This document shows, in pieces, positions 1 through 9,006 of a stretch of 53,409 nucleotides of DNA (within the stretch, counting starts at the first letter, position 1; each line of letters opens with the position of its first letter). The position numbers were made by a program, and so were the translations under genes. A model generated the notes under the pieces. The model was not told the DNA's origin. It did no database searches and saw only the letters and a list, made by a program, of their open reading frames with translations. Location: IMG/VR virus record IMGVR_UViG_3300020042_002363, positions 1-53,409 of that record; one strand, 5' to 3'. The stretch is from a virus (lineage: Duplodnaviria > Caudoviricetes).

Positions 1-121
1 AGCTCTGCCCACCACTTCCGTCAGAATCGGCAGTACACCTGTATAGCCTTGTGCTATGACTGCCATCAGGGTTCTAAGATGGGATGGCATGGGGAAAGGA
101 TAGCTTGGAAAATAAAAAAGA
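1..121. repeat. Direct terminal repeat, left copy (circular assembly overlap)
   Basis: 1-121 is identical to 53289-53409, and an ORF reads through the junction. Confidence 0.97.
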
Positions 122-204
122 TGGATGAGCTAGATGCCCTGAACATTACCCTACAAAGACTTTTTGATAACAGTTTGACAATCGAAAATAAATTAGAATT
201 TTAA
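1..204 (+). CDS. C-terminal part of a 96-aa Ref/HNH-like Zn-binding nuclease spanning the origin (starts 53202)
   Basis: Manual translation SSAHHFRQNRQYTCIALCYDCHQG...LEF*, continuing CSVC from the right end; CxxC..AHH..LCxxCH pattern. Confidence 0.7.
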   Translation, partial: SSAHHFRQNRQYTCIALCYDCHQGSKMGWHGERIAWKIKKMDELDALNITLQRLFDNSLTIENKLEF

Positions 205-215
205 TTAAAAAATGC

Positions 216-245
216 TTGTTTTAAATTTTAACTTCAGGTTATAAT
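216..245 (+). promoter_or_regulatory. Sigma70-like early promoter
   Basis: TTGTTT-N18-TATAAT; shares AATTTTAA..GGTTATAATTT with the promoter at 1392-1422. Confidence 0.6.
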
Positions 246-289
246 TTGCCTACGGTCACAGTGATCGGACAGTGAAGAGGATAAACACC

Positions 290-583
290 ATGAAAAATGA
301 TTTAAATACAAACAGCGTAGACACACTCGGTATGTTATTGGCTCAGATTGCAGACCTGACTAAACAGGCTGATGCAATCAAAGACAGCATGAAAGATGCT
401 GCTACCGCGCCAAATGGTTCAAATGTATTTGAAGGTGCTGTATTCAAAGCAACCGTAGTTGAGTCAAACCGCAGCTCAGTTGATTGGAAAGCATTGGCAA
501 AAGACTTGGGCATCACTGAAGAACAGTTGGCTGCTTACACCAAAGCTACCGCAGTCTTCGCAGTCAAAGTAACTTCACGTTAA
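290..583 (+). CDS. Conserved early phage protein (coiled-coil N-terminus)
   Basis: ORF track 272..583; GAGG RBS favours ATG at 290. Confidence 0.75.
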   Translation: MKNDLNTNSVDTLGMLLAQIADLTKQADAIKDSMKDAATAPNGSNVFEGAVFKATVVESNRSSVDWKALAKDLGITEEQLAAYTKATAVFAVKVTSR

Positions 584-598
584 TAGGGGGGTTATCAA

Positions 599-814
599 AT
601 GATCGTAGCTGGCAAAACAACTTTCCAAGTAATTTTTGTTCAATCTGGTGAGCAATGGGTTGAAGGCACTTTTGACAATATTCATGATGCTGAAGATTGT
701 GTTGATCGTTTGGAAAATGAAAATGAAGATAACGCATGGGTTGATGGCGTAATCATTCAAGAAATTTCTGAAAATGATGATGTTCTTTATCATAAGTATT
801 ACGATTTTTCATAA
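599..814 (+). CDS. Small acidic hypothetical protein
   Basis: ORF with G-rich RBS, coupled to next gene by TAATG. Confidence 0.7.
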   Translation: MIVAGKTTFQVIFVQSGEQWVEGTFDNIHDAEDCVDRLENENEDNAWVDGVIIQEISENDDVLYHKYYDFS

Positions 815-1128
815 TGAGAACAGCTCAATCATATCTTGAGCGCAAGAAAGACTTTTGGGAATGGCACAAAGCCAACCCAAAGGTCTGGGAATACTTTGAG
901 AGATTCTCTCTTGAGGTTGTGCGCAAAGGTCACAAAAAGATTAGTCATTGGTTGATCATCAATCGCATTCGTTGGGAGGTGTACTTAGAAACGACTGGTG
1001 AAGAATTCAAGATCAGCAATGAATATATAGGTTGGTATGCAAGACTCTGGAGAGCTAAACATCCAGAACACAAAAACCTTTTTACAATTAAACGAATGTT
1101 GGGTGAGCCAGCAGAACTATTGGAGTGA
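814..1128 (+). CDS. Conserved hypothetical phage protein
   Basis: ORF in operon; H..NP.VW..F, RIRWE, FKISN..WYARL motifs. Confidence 0.75.
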   Translation: MRTAQSYLERKKDFWEWHKANPKVWEYFERFSLEVVRKGHKKISHWLIINRIRWEVYLETTGEEFKISNEYIGWYARLWRAKHPEHKNLFTIKRMLGEPAELLE

Positions 1129-1379
1129 TTATGTCAGACAAAAAAGAAGTTGTTTATTCTAATTATTTTGATGCATTTACACATGGGTGTGACATTGTTT
1201 TAAAAAACCTTGATGAATTTATGGGTGAGATGGATCAAAAAGAAGGTTTTTATGAAGAGAAGTATGACAAAGTAAAGCGTATGGTTATTGGCATGAGAGC
1301 TTCTCTTTGTAATCCTGTTGAGCCTGAAGAGCAGTCAGCAATTGAAGTTCCATCACAACAAATAATTTTGCCTAGCTGA
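1125..1379 (+). CDS. Hypothetical protein
   Basis: ORF coupled to upstream gene, GGAG RBS. Confidence 0.65.
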   Translation: MIMSDKKEVVYSNYFDAFTHGCDIVLKNLDEFMGEMDQKEGFYEEKYDKVKRMVIGMRASLCNPVEPEEQSAIEVPSQQIILPS

Positions 1380-1391
1380 TCAATAAAAATA

Positions 1392-1422
1392 TTTACATTG
1401 AATTTTAATTTAGGGTTATAAT
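1392..1422 (+). promoter_or_regulatory. Sigma70-like promoter
   Basis: TTTACA-N19-TATAAT in AT-rich intergenic DNA; same motif as the 216-245 promoter. Confidence 0.55.
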
Positions 1423-1427
1423 TTATT

Positions 1428-1511
1428 ATGGAAAATAACATCCCTGAAAGCTCGGTATTGTTTGGTGCGTTAGGAGCAATCATCGCGTGGTTGCTTGGTA
1501 GTAGAGGTTAA
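1428..1511 (+). CDS. 27-aa hydrophobic peptide, probably leaderless
   Basis: MENNIPESSVLFGALGAIIAWLLGSRG*; ATG 5 nt after TATAAT. Confidence 0.45.
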   Translation: MENNIPESSVLFGALGAIIAWLLGSRG

Positions 1512-1515
1512 CAGC

Positions 1516-1777
1516 CTGAGAGCTAGGATGTTGTATTTGTTTACGGCATAGCAAAAGCGATGGGAATCCTTTCCCTAGCTCTCAGCCTTTTAGCACCAAG
1601 ACGCATGAGGATTGTGGGCATGGTTACCACACTTGAGTGAGACGGTTCGAATCCGTCAGCCCTTCAAGAGCAGTCCTCAGTCGTGTTGGGTGTTAAGCCA
1701 GCATTCGAGGATGTTGACGCAAATAGTTTTCTGGTTTTCCTATTTGCCTTAGTTGAAGACCAAATCGAGCCTGACAC
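1516..1777 (+). ncRNA. Cluster of three structured RNA elements, the middle one tRNA-like
   Basis: 12-bp perfect inverted repeat 1516-1527/1574-1585; stem 1606-1614/1671-1679 enclosing GACGG-TTCGAAT-CCGTC; stem 1690-1698/1769-1777 enclosing GCAAATAG/CTATTTGC. Confidence 0.55.
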
Positions 1778-1808
1778 ATTACATACAGCAAACTATTTGG
1801 AGATTGCT

Positions 1809-2408
1809 TTGAACTTTGAAAACCTGTTTCCTACAGCAGTTGGACGCTTAGATTTAAATAAGCCGTTCACTAAAAAGGAAATTCAATTCATTAATGACTT
1901 GAAGCGCCGCCCAAATGTAGGCAATGAAACTTCTGAAAACAGTTACATATTCAAATCAAAAGAACTCAAACGAGTCTCAGACTTTATAGATAAAGCTGTC
2001 AATGATTACTTTAAAAGAGTATTCGCACCTGAAAGAAATGTCAGGCTGTATGTTACCCAGTCATGGTCTAACTACAGCAAGACTGGTCAGTTCCATCACA
2101 AACACAAACACCCAAATAGCATTGTGTCTGGAGTGCTGTATGTAAATGCAGTACCAGAGATTGATAGGATTTATTTCTACAATGACAACGAACCAATGCT
2201 AGACATAATCACTAAAGACTGGAATGTCTGGAACTCTAAGAGCTGGTGGTTGCCTGTAGCTACAAACAACATTGTCCTATTCCCATCAACCCTGACTCAT
2301 ATGGTTGAGAATGTGATCAATGCTGATGAGAGGGTGAGCATATCGTTTAACACATTTGTTATCGGTGAGCTTGGTGAAGAGAAATCTTTGACGGAGTTAA
2401 TTCTATGA
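1809..2408 (+). CDS. 2OG-Fe(II) oxygenase-like protein (TIGR02466 type)
   Basis: LFPT N-terminus, QSWSN, HxH (HKHPNS..SGVLY), LFPS.L.H.V, R.SISFN; GGAG then TTG start at 1809. Confidence 0.88.
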   Translation: MNFENLFPTAVGRLDLNKPFTKKEIQFINDLKRRPNVGNETSENSYIFKSKELKRVSDFIDKAVNDYFKRVFAPERNVRLYVTQSWSNYSKTGQFHHKHKHPNSIVSGVLYVNAVPEIDRIYFYNDNEPMLDIITKDWNVWNSKSWWLPVATNNIVLFPSTLTHMVENVINADERVSISFNTFVIGELGEEKSLTELIL

Positions 2409-2569
2409 TGCGATTTTGGGTATATGACGAAGACGACTTGCTGATCCGCAAGTTTGATGACAGGTTATCAGCAGAGAAGTTCCTGCAAAAAGGTTGGCGC
2501 ATTGAGGTGCAGCCGATAGAAAAGAAACCATTGCCGACCACAGAGACTCATGGTGAAGCAAGGTGGTGA
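2405..2569 (+). CDS. 54-aa hypothetical protein (missed by ORF track)
   Basis: MMRFWVYDEDDLLIRKF...EARW*; GGAG RBS, ATGA overlap, fills the gap exactly. Confidence 0.7.
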   Translation: MMRFWVYDEDDLLIRKFDDRLSAEKFLQKGWRIEVQPIEKKPLPTTETHGEARW

Positions 2570-2570
2570 A

Positions 2571-3317
2571 ATGATTCATTATCATGGGCTGCCAATTACA
2601 CCTGCAACAGCAGCTCTGAGGGCTATAAATGGTGGTCATGCATTTGTTAGCTTTAGGCATCCAGACCAGTTGACTCTGGCTTTAGAAGTAGCTCAGTCAT
2701 TTGCTTTGGACAATGGGGCTTTCTCTGCATGGCGAAGTGGTGAGCCAGTAACTGATTGGACTCAATACTATGAGTGGATTGCTGAGCTGCATCGTTACCC
2801 ATCATTTGACTTTGCTGTCATACCCGATGTGATTGATGGTGATGAAGCTGCCAATGATGCTCTACTTGATGAGTGGTCATGGAAGGGAACAATGGCATGG
2901 GTTGGCGCACCAGTTTGGCATTTGCATGAGTCATTAGATAGGCTTAATAGATTGGTAAGTAATTACCCAAGAATTTGTTTGGGCAGCTCAGGTCAGTATG
3001 CTCAGATTGGTACACAGGATTGGTGGCAGCGCATGGCTGAAGCTATGGATGTCATTTGTGATAGGCATGGAAGACCTGCATGCAAGATTCATGGGTTAAG
3101 GATGTTAAATCCAGAGGTGTTCAGTAGATTTCCATTTGCCTCTGCTGACAGCACCAACATTGGTCAAAACATAGGGATTGATTCAGCATGGAAGGGTACA
3201 TACACTCCACCAACAAAGGAAGCTAGAGCTGCAATCATGAGGGAGCGCATTGAATCTCACCAAAGCCTTGTGTTTTGGGATCGCAAGTTAAATCCGATTC
3301 AGGAGGGGCTATTTTAA
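2571..3317 (+). CDS. TGT/DpdA-like (tRNA-guanine transglycosylase fold) protein
   Basis: LDNGAFS, IPDVI, PVWH, KIHGL and SADST parallel TGT-family motifs; start MIHYHG. Confidence 0.55.
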   Translation: MIHYHGLPITPATAALRAINGGHAFVSFRHPDQLTLALEVAQSFALDNGAFSAWRSGEPVTDWTQYYEWIAELHRYPSFDFAVIPDVIDGDEAANDALLDEWSWKGTMAWVGAPVWHLHESLDRLNRLVSNYPRICLGSSGQYAQIGTQDWWQRMAEAMDVICDRHGRPACKIHGLRMLNPEVFSRFPFASADSTNIGQNIGIDSAWKGTYTPPTKEARAAIMRERIESHQSLVFWDRKLNPIQEGLF

Positions 3318-3343
3318 AAATTTAAAGCTATGGAGGAAGAACA

Positions 3344-3553
3344 GTGGGTGAAAAATTACTTTTATATGTTGGTATATTTTTGATAATAATTGGCGTGTAC
3401 TGGTCAATCTTGGATGAGATGCATAACAAATATGAACAGGGATATGCGGCAGGTGCAGACTCATTGTCTGATAAGCATGTAAGTGAAGTGTGTATTAAAT
3501 GGTTATTTCAATCTAACTTAGTAGAAGCTAAAAGAAAGGTGTGTGGAAAATGA
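3344..3553 (+). CDS. Small membrane-anchored protein
   Basis: N-terminal hydrophobic helix; GGAGG RBS. Confidence 0.7.
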   Translation: MGEKLLLYVGIFLIIIGVYWSILDEMHNKYEQGYAAGADSLSDKHVSEVCIKWLFQSNLVEAKRKVCGK

Positions 3554-3939
3554 AGAAACATGCAGATTTAATTAAAGCTTGGGCTGATGGCGCAAAGATT
3601 CAGGTCAAATACGAAACCTCTGCCGACTGGACTGACATAGAAAATCCACGTTGGACAAAGAAACTTGAGTACCGCATTAAACCAAAGGAAGACGAAGACA
3701 AGACTGAATATTATTATGTAAATGCAAACACTAATATTTACAAAGTTTCTGATTCGGCAACTGCTGACTTCAAGATCATTTTTGATGGCAAAACGCGCGC
3801 AGTTAAGAAAATTGTAGTCAAGAACCAAGATTGGATAGCAGCCTTCTCTCCAACCGTAAAAGAGCAAAAGGAACTAAAGCAACCAGAGCTTCCTGCTTTG
3901 ACTACTGGAATTATGAACAAGTACATTGTAAGAAGGTGA
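3550..3939 (+). CDS. Conserved hypothetical phage protein
   Basis: KHADLIKAWADGA.IQ...P.W....EYRIKP motif. Confidence 0.75.
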   Translation: MKKHADLIKAWADGAKIQVKYETSADWTDIENPRWTKKLEYRIKPKEDEDKTEYYYVNANTNIYKVSDSATADFKIIFDGKTRAVKKIVVKNQDWIAAFSPTVKEQKELKQPELPALTTGIMNKYIVRR

Positions 3940-4009
3940 TAAACCAAGTGGCTTTCTGATGGGTTAATATTCTGTTACACTATCAACATCTTAGTGACAC
4001 GGAGACTGC

Positions 4010-4561
4010 ATGATGTCTGAGTCCAGTAAAACTGTTGCGGCAACGCAAAAGAAATCCTCAAAAAAGATGGGCAACATCTCTACCTATACCAAAGAGATAG
4101 CTCAAGAGATATGTGAGCGACTCTCTGATGGTGAGCCATTACGCCAGATATGCAGATCAGAAGGTATGCCAGCTTGGCGCACTGTGTACGATTGGATGTA
4201 TAAGGATGATGCTTTGGGTGATGAGGGTGTCGGACTCTCCGCAGCCATCGCGCATGCGCGAGACGTGGGTTATGATGCAATTGCTGAAGACCTGCTTAAC
4301 ATAGCTGACACGCCACTGATTGGTGAGGAAGAGACGAGCAGTAACAATGGCTTGACTATTACCCGCAAGGACATGCTCGGTCACCGCAAGCTCCAGATTG
4401 AGACACGATTAAAACTACTAGCTAAATGGAATCCAAAGAAGTATGGCGACAGGCAAATCCTATCTGGTGATGCTGACAACCCATTGGTTGTTGACACTAG
4501 CTTCTTTCAGGACTTGGCTGTCAAGTTTGAGGATGCAAAGCGCAAAGGGGAAAGCAAATGA
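4010..4561 (+). CDS. terS: Terminase small subunit (Sf6 gp1-like)
   Basis: YT.EIA.EICERLS.GE.LR.IC, TV..W, kl.ietR.kll.kw.PKKYG; upstream of terL. Confidence 0.88.
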   Translation: MMSESSKTVAATQKKSSKKMGNISTYTKEIAQEICERLSDGEPLRQICRSEGMPAWRTVYDWMYKDDALGDEGVGLSAAIAHARDVGYDAIAEDLLNIADTPLIGEEETSSNNGLTITRKDMLGHRKLQIETRLKLLAKWNPKKYGDRQILSGDADNPLVVDTSFFQDLAVKFEDAKRKGESK

Positions 4562-4806
4562 TATCAGACGAAGACCTGCTGATGCATTGCTACAACTCCA
4601 TAACAGGCGAATATGGAGAGATAGCCAATACCTTGCTAGTGGAGACATTGAAGGTGCGCCTTGCAAAGCCATTCGTAGCCCAGTTGAAACCCACTGGGTT
4701 TTCGATAACACCTATGGGGACGACTCAGTTGGCTATGACCACCGCACTCCCAGTATCTCCCGCAAAGTTGAGAAGCATTAGCAACTCGCCTTGGTATAAA
4801 GAATGA
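4558..4806 (+). CDS. Hypothetical protein between terS and terL
   Basis: ATGA overlaps at both ends. Confidence 0.6.
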   Translation: MISDEDLLMHCYNSITGEYGEIANTLLVETLKVRLAKPFVAQLKPTGFSITPMGTTQLAMTTALPVSPAKLRSISNSPWYKE

Positions 4807-6272
4807 CTGATGTAGCAGAGTTGTTGCGTGATCCTGAAGTACAGAAACGCTTCAGCTCACTACCTCCCACAGAACAGGCTGCATATGCATGGCGGCTCAA
4901 GTGGCTCAGCACAGCATTCCAACATCAGATAGTCCCAAGTGGGAACTGGTGGACAATCTGGCTGATACTGGCTGGTCGTGGTGCAGGTAAGACTCGCACT
5001 GCTGCTGAACAAATCGGTTGGTGGGCATGGACAGAACCAAAGACTCGATGGTTAGTTGCTGCCCCAACATCAAGTGATGTGAGGGCAACCTGCTTTGAGG
5101 GTGACTCAGGCTTGCTGTCCGTCATCCCTCATCAGCTCATCAAAGAATACAAGACACAGCCTCATGAGCTGTACCTTATCAATGGCTCACTGATCAAGGG
5201 CATCCCAGCCTCAGAGCCTGAGCGATTTCGTGGCCCACAGTTCCATGGCGGTTGGATGGATGAGTTAGCAGCTTGGGACTACATGCAAGAAGCTTGGGAC
5301 ATGGCTATGTTTGGCATGCGACTAGGTAAGCGCATCAGGCTGATTGCATCCACCACCCCAAAACCCAAAGACCTGATCAGGCAACTCATCAAGCGTGAGA
5401 ACAAAGATGTGATCCTGACTCGTGCTTCTACTTATGACAACATCGAGAATCTAGCGCCTGAGTTTAAGAAGCAGGTGTTGCAGTATGAGGGGACTAAGCT
5501 AGGTCGGCAGGAGATTTACGCTGAGGTCATTGACCCTGAAGAGGATGGCATCATCAAGCGCAGTTGGATCAAGGTATGGGCGCATGACAAGCCACTGCCA
5601 AGCTTTGAGTTCATTGTTATGAGCTTGGACACTGCATTTACTGAAGCCTCGGTTGACAAGAAGGGTGAGGCTGACCCAACTGCATGCTCGGTATGGGGTG
5701 TGTTCAGGCATGAGAAGAAAGCATGCATGATGCTGCTTGACTGTTGGGAAGAACACTTAGGCTTGCCTGACCTGATTACTCGTGTGACTCAAGAGATGAA
5801 AGTCCAGTATGGTGATGGCGACATGAAGCCAATGATCAAGCCATTGGTTGGCCCTAAGACTTCCTACCTTGTGGGCAAAGCAATTGACGTTCTGCTAATT
5901 GAGGATAAGGGATCGGGCATAAGTTTGCGCCAAATGCTGTCAAGAGAAGGTATCATGGCATATCCATACAACCCCGGACGGGCTGACAAGTTGGCAAGGC
6001 TGCATTCAGTCTCACACATCTTTGCCCATGGTCATGTCTGGATGGTTGAGTCGGAGAAGCGCCCCAAGAACTTTAAGACATGGGCAGAGCCACTAGTCTC
6101 TCAGCTTTGCAGCTTCACAGGTGAGCGGTCAATCAAGCATGATGACCTGATGGATTCAGCCACCCAAGCTATACGTTTTTTAAGTGACAAGCAAATGTTA
6201 TCAGTTACAATACCGATTGCTGAGCGGTTACCAAAGCCAGTAGTCGAACGAATTAATCCTTATGCGATTTAA
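4803..6272 (+). CDS. terL: Terminase large subunit
   Basis: Walker A GRGAGKT, Walker B WMDE, STTP, RQEI.AE, nuclease SLDTA and HDDLMD. Confidence 0.95.
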   Translation: MTDVAELLRDPEVQKRFSSLPPTEQAAYAWRLKWLSTAFQHQIVPSGNWWTIWLILAGRGAGKTRTAAEQIGWWAWTEPKTRWLVAAPTSSDVRATCFEGDSGLLSVIPHQLIKEYKTQPHELYLINGSLIKGIPASEPERFRGPQFHGGWMDELAAWDYMQEAWDMAMFGMRLGKRIRLIASTTPKPKDLIRQLIKRENKDVILTRASTYDNIENLAPEFKKQVLQYEGTKLGRQEIYAEVIDPEEDGIIKRSWIKVWAHDKPLPSFEFIVMSLDTAFTEASVDKKGEADPTACSVWGVFRHEKKACMMLLDCWEEHLGLPDLITRVTQEMKVQYGDGDMKPMIKPLVGPKTSYLVGKAIDVLLIEDKGSGISLRQMLSREGIMAYPYNPGRADKLARLHSVSHIFAHGHVWMVESEKRPKNFKTWAEPLVSQLCSFTGERSIKHDDLMDSATQAIRFLSDKQMLSVTIPIAERLPKPVVERINPYAI

Positions 6273-8826
6273 GACTATGCAAAATTCAATGACACCAGAA
6301 GACGAAGAATACGAGAAGGATGAGAAAGCCTCTGATCCTACAGGTGAGATATTTGAAGTTGAGGAAGACGACGACATCAAAGAAACCGAGGATGGTGGAG
6401 CTATTGTCAAGATTGATGATCGTCCATTGCTTGGTGACTCTGAGTTCTATGCCAACTTAGCTGAAGACATGACTGAGGCTGAGCTGTCTATCATTGGCTC
6501 TGACTTAGCTGAGCTAGTTGAGAAAGACAAGCAAGCTCGTGAGAAACGAGACAAGCAGTATGAGGAAGGTATCCGCCGCACTGGTCTTGGTGATGATGCC
6601 CCCGGAGGTGCAGGATTCCAAGGCGCATCAAAGGTTGTACACCCAATGCTGACTGAGGCATGCGTAGACTTCTCAAGTCGTGTCATGAAGGAAATATTCC
6701 CACCGACAGGCCCCGCCAAAGAAAAGATTTATGGCAAGATGACTCAGCAGAAGTATGAGAAAGCACAACGCATTACAAGATTCTTAAACTGGCAGATGAC
6801 ACGCCAGATGCCTGACTTCCGAGCAGAGCTAGAGCAGATGTCAACCCAGATGCCACTAGGTGGCGTTCAATACATCAAGGTTACTTGGAACAAGCGCACC
6901 AAGCGCCCTAACCCAATGTTCGTGAGTGTGGATGATGTGTATCTGCCATATGCGGCAACCAACTTCTACCAAGCTGAACGCAAAACTCATGTTCAGTACA
7001 TCACAAGCTTAGAGTACAACCGCCGTGTAAGCTCAGGCATGTATCGAGACATAGATATAATTGCCTCACCAATTACACCAGAGACATCAGCTTCAGAACG
7101 AGCCAATGACAAGATTGAAGGTCGCTCGGCTGATGGTTACAACGCTGATGGTCTGCGCACCATCTTTGAAATCTATGTTCAGTATGATGTTGAGGGTGAT
7201 GAACCATCTCCTTACATCATTACCATTGACAAAACCACACAGCGAGTCCTGTCCATTTACCGCAACTGGGAAGAGGATGATGAGCTACAAATGGAACTGC
7301 ATTGGATTATTGAGTTCCCATTCCTACCATGGCGTGGTGCTTACCCAATCGGTCTAACTCATATGATCGGTGGCTTGAGTGCTGGGGCTACTGGTGCTTT
7401 GCGCTCACTGCTTGACTCAGCTCACATTAACAACTTCCCCGGACTTCTCAAGCTCAAAGGCGGTTCAGGTGGTCAGACTGATCGAGTTGATCCAACTGAG
7501 GTCAAAGAGATTGAAGGCTCGTTTGGTCAGGATGACATTCGCAAAGTAATGATGCCATTGCCATTTAACCCACCAAGCCCTGTGTTGTTTAGCTTGCTTG
7601 GCTTCTTGGTTGATGCAGCCAAGGGCGTTGTCCGTACTACATTTGAAGAGTTGTCCGATACAAATAACAACACACCAGTTGGCACTACCCTTGCTCGTAT
7701 GGAGCAGGGCATGGTTGTGTTCAGCTCAATCCATGCTCGTGTCCATGATGCTATGGGTAGGCTGCTTGAGCTGCTGTACCGCATTAACAAATACTACATG
7801 GATGAGCAGGAAATCTATGATGAGACTGGTGAGTTGCTTGCTTACCGCAAAGACTTTGAAGGCCCTGTTGATGTAGTTCCTGTTAGTGACCCTAACATAT
7901 ATTCAGAGACACAACGCTTTGCTCAGGTGCAAGCAGTAATGCAACGCGCCCAAGTAATGCCAATGGTTTATGACGTTCGCAAAGTGGAGGAGATGTTCCT
8001 CAAACAGTTAAAAGTTCCTGATGGTGAATCGCTTCTAATACCAAAGCCTGAAGTTCAGGAAATGAATGCGGTCAATGAGAACTTAGCTGCAACCATGTCT
8101 CGCCCAATTGCAGCATTCCCAGATCAAGATCATTTAGCTCATCTGCAAGTCCACTTAGACTTTATGAAGTCACCAGTGTTGGCTGCCAATCGAGTAGCAG
8201 GGCCTAGAACTTTGCCTATTCTGCTTGAGCATATTCGTGAGCATATGGTTCTTTGGTATGTAACCCAGATGGTCAATGTCGCATCAGAAGCGGCTGGAGT
8301 TAATATTTCTGAGTTGCAAAAAAATATGAATACACAAGAGAAGAAAGAATTTGACAAGATGTTGGCTGCTGCAAGCCAGTCTGTTGTGCAAGAGGCTGCT
8401 GAGACTCTCAATCAGATTCCTCCAATCATGGAAGAAACAATTAAGTTCTTGCAGTCATTGCAACCACAGCCTCAAGACCCACGAGTTGAGATGGCTAAGG
8501 CTGATTTGCAGCGCAAGCAAGCAGCAGACCAAGCCAAGGCTCAAATGGATCAGGCTAAGATGCAATCAGATGCACAGTCAGACCAAGCTAAGATGCAAGC
8601 TGATCAGGCTAAACTTGCACTTGATCAACAACTTGAGCAAATGCGTCTCCAGATTGAGACTCTCAAGCAGGATCGTGAAGATCAACGCAAGCAGATTGAG
8701 ATTGCAGCTCGTATGAAAATGAACATGGACGACAATGACACAGCAAAGCAATTGGCTGCGCTAGAGGTTGCGTCTGGTGAAAGAATTGCTGTGTCAACAG
8801 GCACAGGCATAAACCCCAATCCATAG
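6262..8826 (+). CDS. Portal protein (P22-like, Q-rich coiled-coil C-terminus)
   Basis: Follows terL; 854 aa; GAS.VVHPMLTEACVDF; long helical C-terminus (start may be 6277). Confidence 0.88.
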   Translation: MRFKTMQNSMTPEDEEYEKDEKASDPTGEIFEVEEDDDIKETEDGGAIVKIDDRPLLGDSEFYANLAEDMTEAELSIIGSDLAELVEKDKQAREKRDKQYEEGIRRTGLGDDAPGGAGFQGASKVVHPMLTEACVDFSSRVMKEIFPPTGPAKEKIYGKMTQQKYEKAQRITRFLNWQMTRQMPDFRAELEQMSTQMPLGGVQYIKVTWNKRTKRPNPMFVSVDDVYLPYAATNFYQAERKTHVQYITSLEYNRRVSSGMYRDIDIIASPITPETSASERANDKIEGRSADGYNADGLRTIFEIYVQYDVEGDEPSPYIITIDKTTQRVLSIYRNWEEDDELQMELHWIIEFPFLPWRGAYPIGLTHMIGGLSAGATGALRSLLDSAHINNFPGLLKLKGGSGGQTDRVDPTEVKEIEGSFGQDDIRKVMMPLPFNPPSPVLFSLLGFLVDAAKGVVRTTFEELSDTNNNTPVGTTLARMEQGMVVFSSIHARVHDAMGRLLELLYRINKYYMDEQEIYDETGELLAYRKDFEGPVDVVPVSDPNIYSETQRFAQVQAVMQRAQVMPMVYDVRKVEEMFLKQLKVPDGESLLIPKPEVQEMNAVNENLAATMSRPIAAFPDQDHLAHLQVHLDFMKSPVLAANRVAGPRTLPILLEHIREHMVLWYVTQMVNVASEAAGVNISELQKNMNTQEKKEFDKMLAAASQSVVQEAAETLNQIPPIMEETIKFLQSLQPQPQDPRVEMAKADLQRKQAADQAKAQMDQAKMQSDAQSDQAKMQADQAKLALDQQLEQMRLQIETLKQDREDQRKQIEIAARMKMNMDDNDTAKQLAALEVASGERIAVSTGTGINPNP

Positions 8827-8835
8827 GAGAACGAC

Positions 8836-9006
8836 ATGGAAGCAATGAATTTACACAAACAGATGGCAATGGGTAAGGGCTACCCAACATCACAAGGCGG
8901 TAGTGGTAAAGACCCAGCACCAAAAGCTCCAATTCCTAGCGGAAACGCAAAGAATTTGACAAGAATGAAGTCCTTTGAAGCTAAAACACCAAAGGGTGGC
9001 ATGTGA
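8836..9006 (+). CDS. 56-aa basic peptide (missed by ORF track)
   Basis: MEAMNLHKQMAMGKGYP...TPKGGM*; AGGAG RBS, GTGA overlap with next gene. Confidence 0.75.
   Translation: MEAMNLHKQMAMGKGYPTSQGGSGKDPAPKAPIPSGNAKNLTRMKSFEAKTPKGGM

Noticed and set aside
1-121. 121-bp repeat as a biological terminal repeat
   Set aside because: It lies inside a gene and its length is typical of an assembler k-mer overlap
1616-1666. Canonical tRNA gene
   Set aside because: T-arm present, but no 7-bp acceptor stem, full D-arm, anticodon stem-loop or CCA
1594-1692. Bacterial Y RNA (YrlA)
   Set aside because: Arm order is not the permuted YrlA arrangement as I recall it, and no Ro60 gene is present
1683-1808. 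N-terminal 42 codons of the 241-aa ORF
   Set aside because: They overlap a structured element; the RBS and family start point to TTG at 1809
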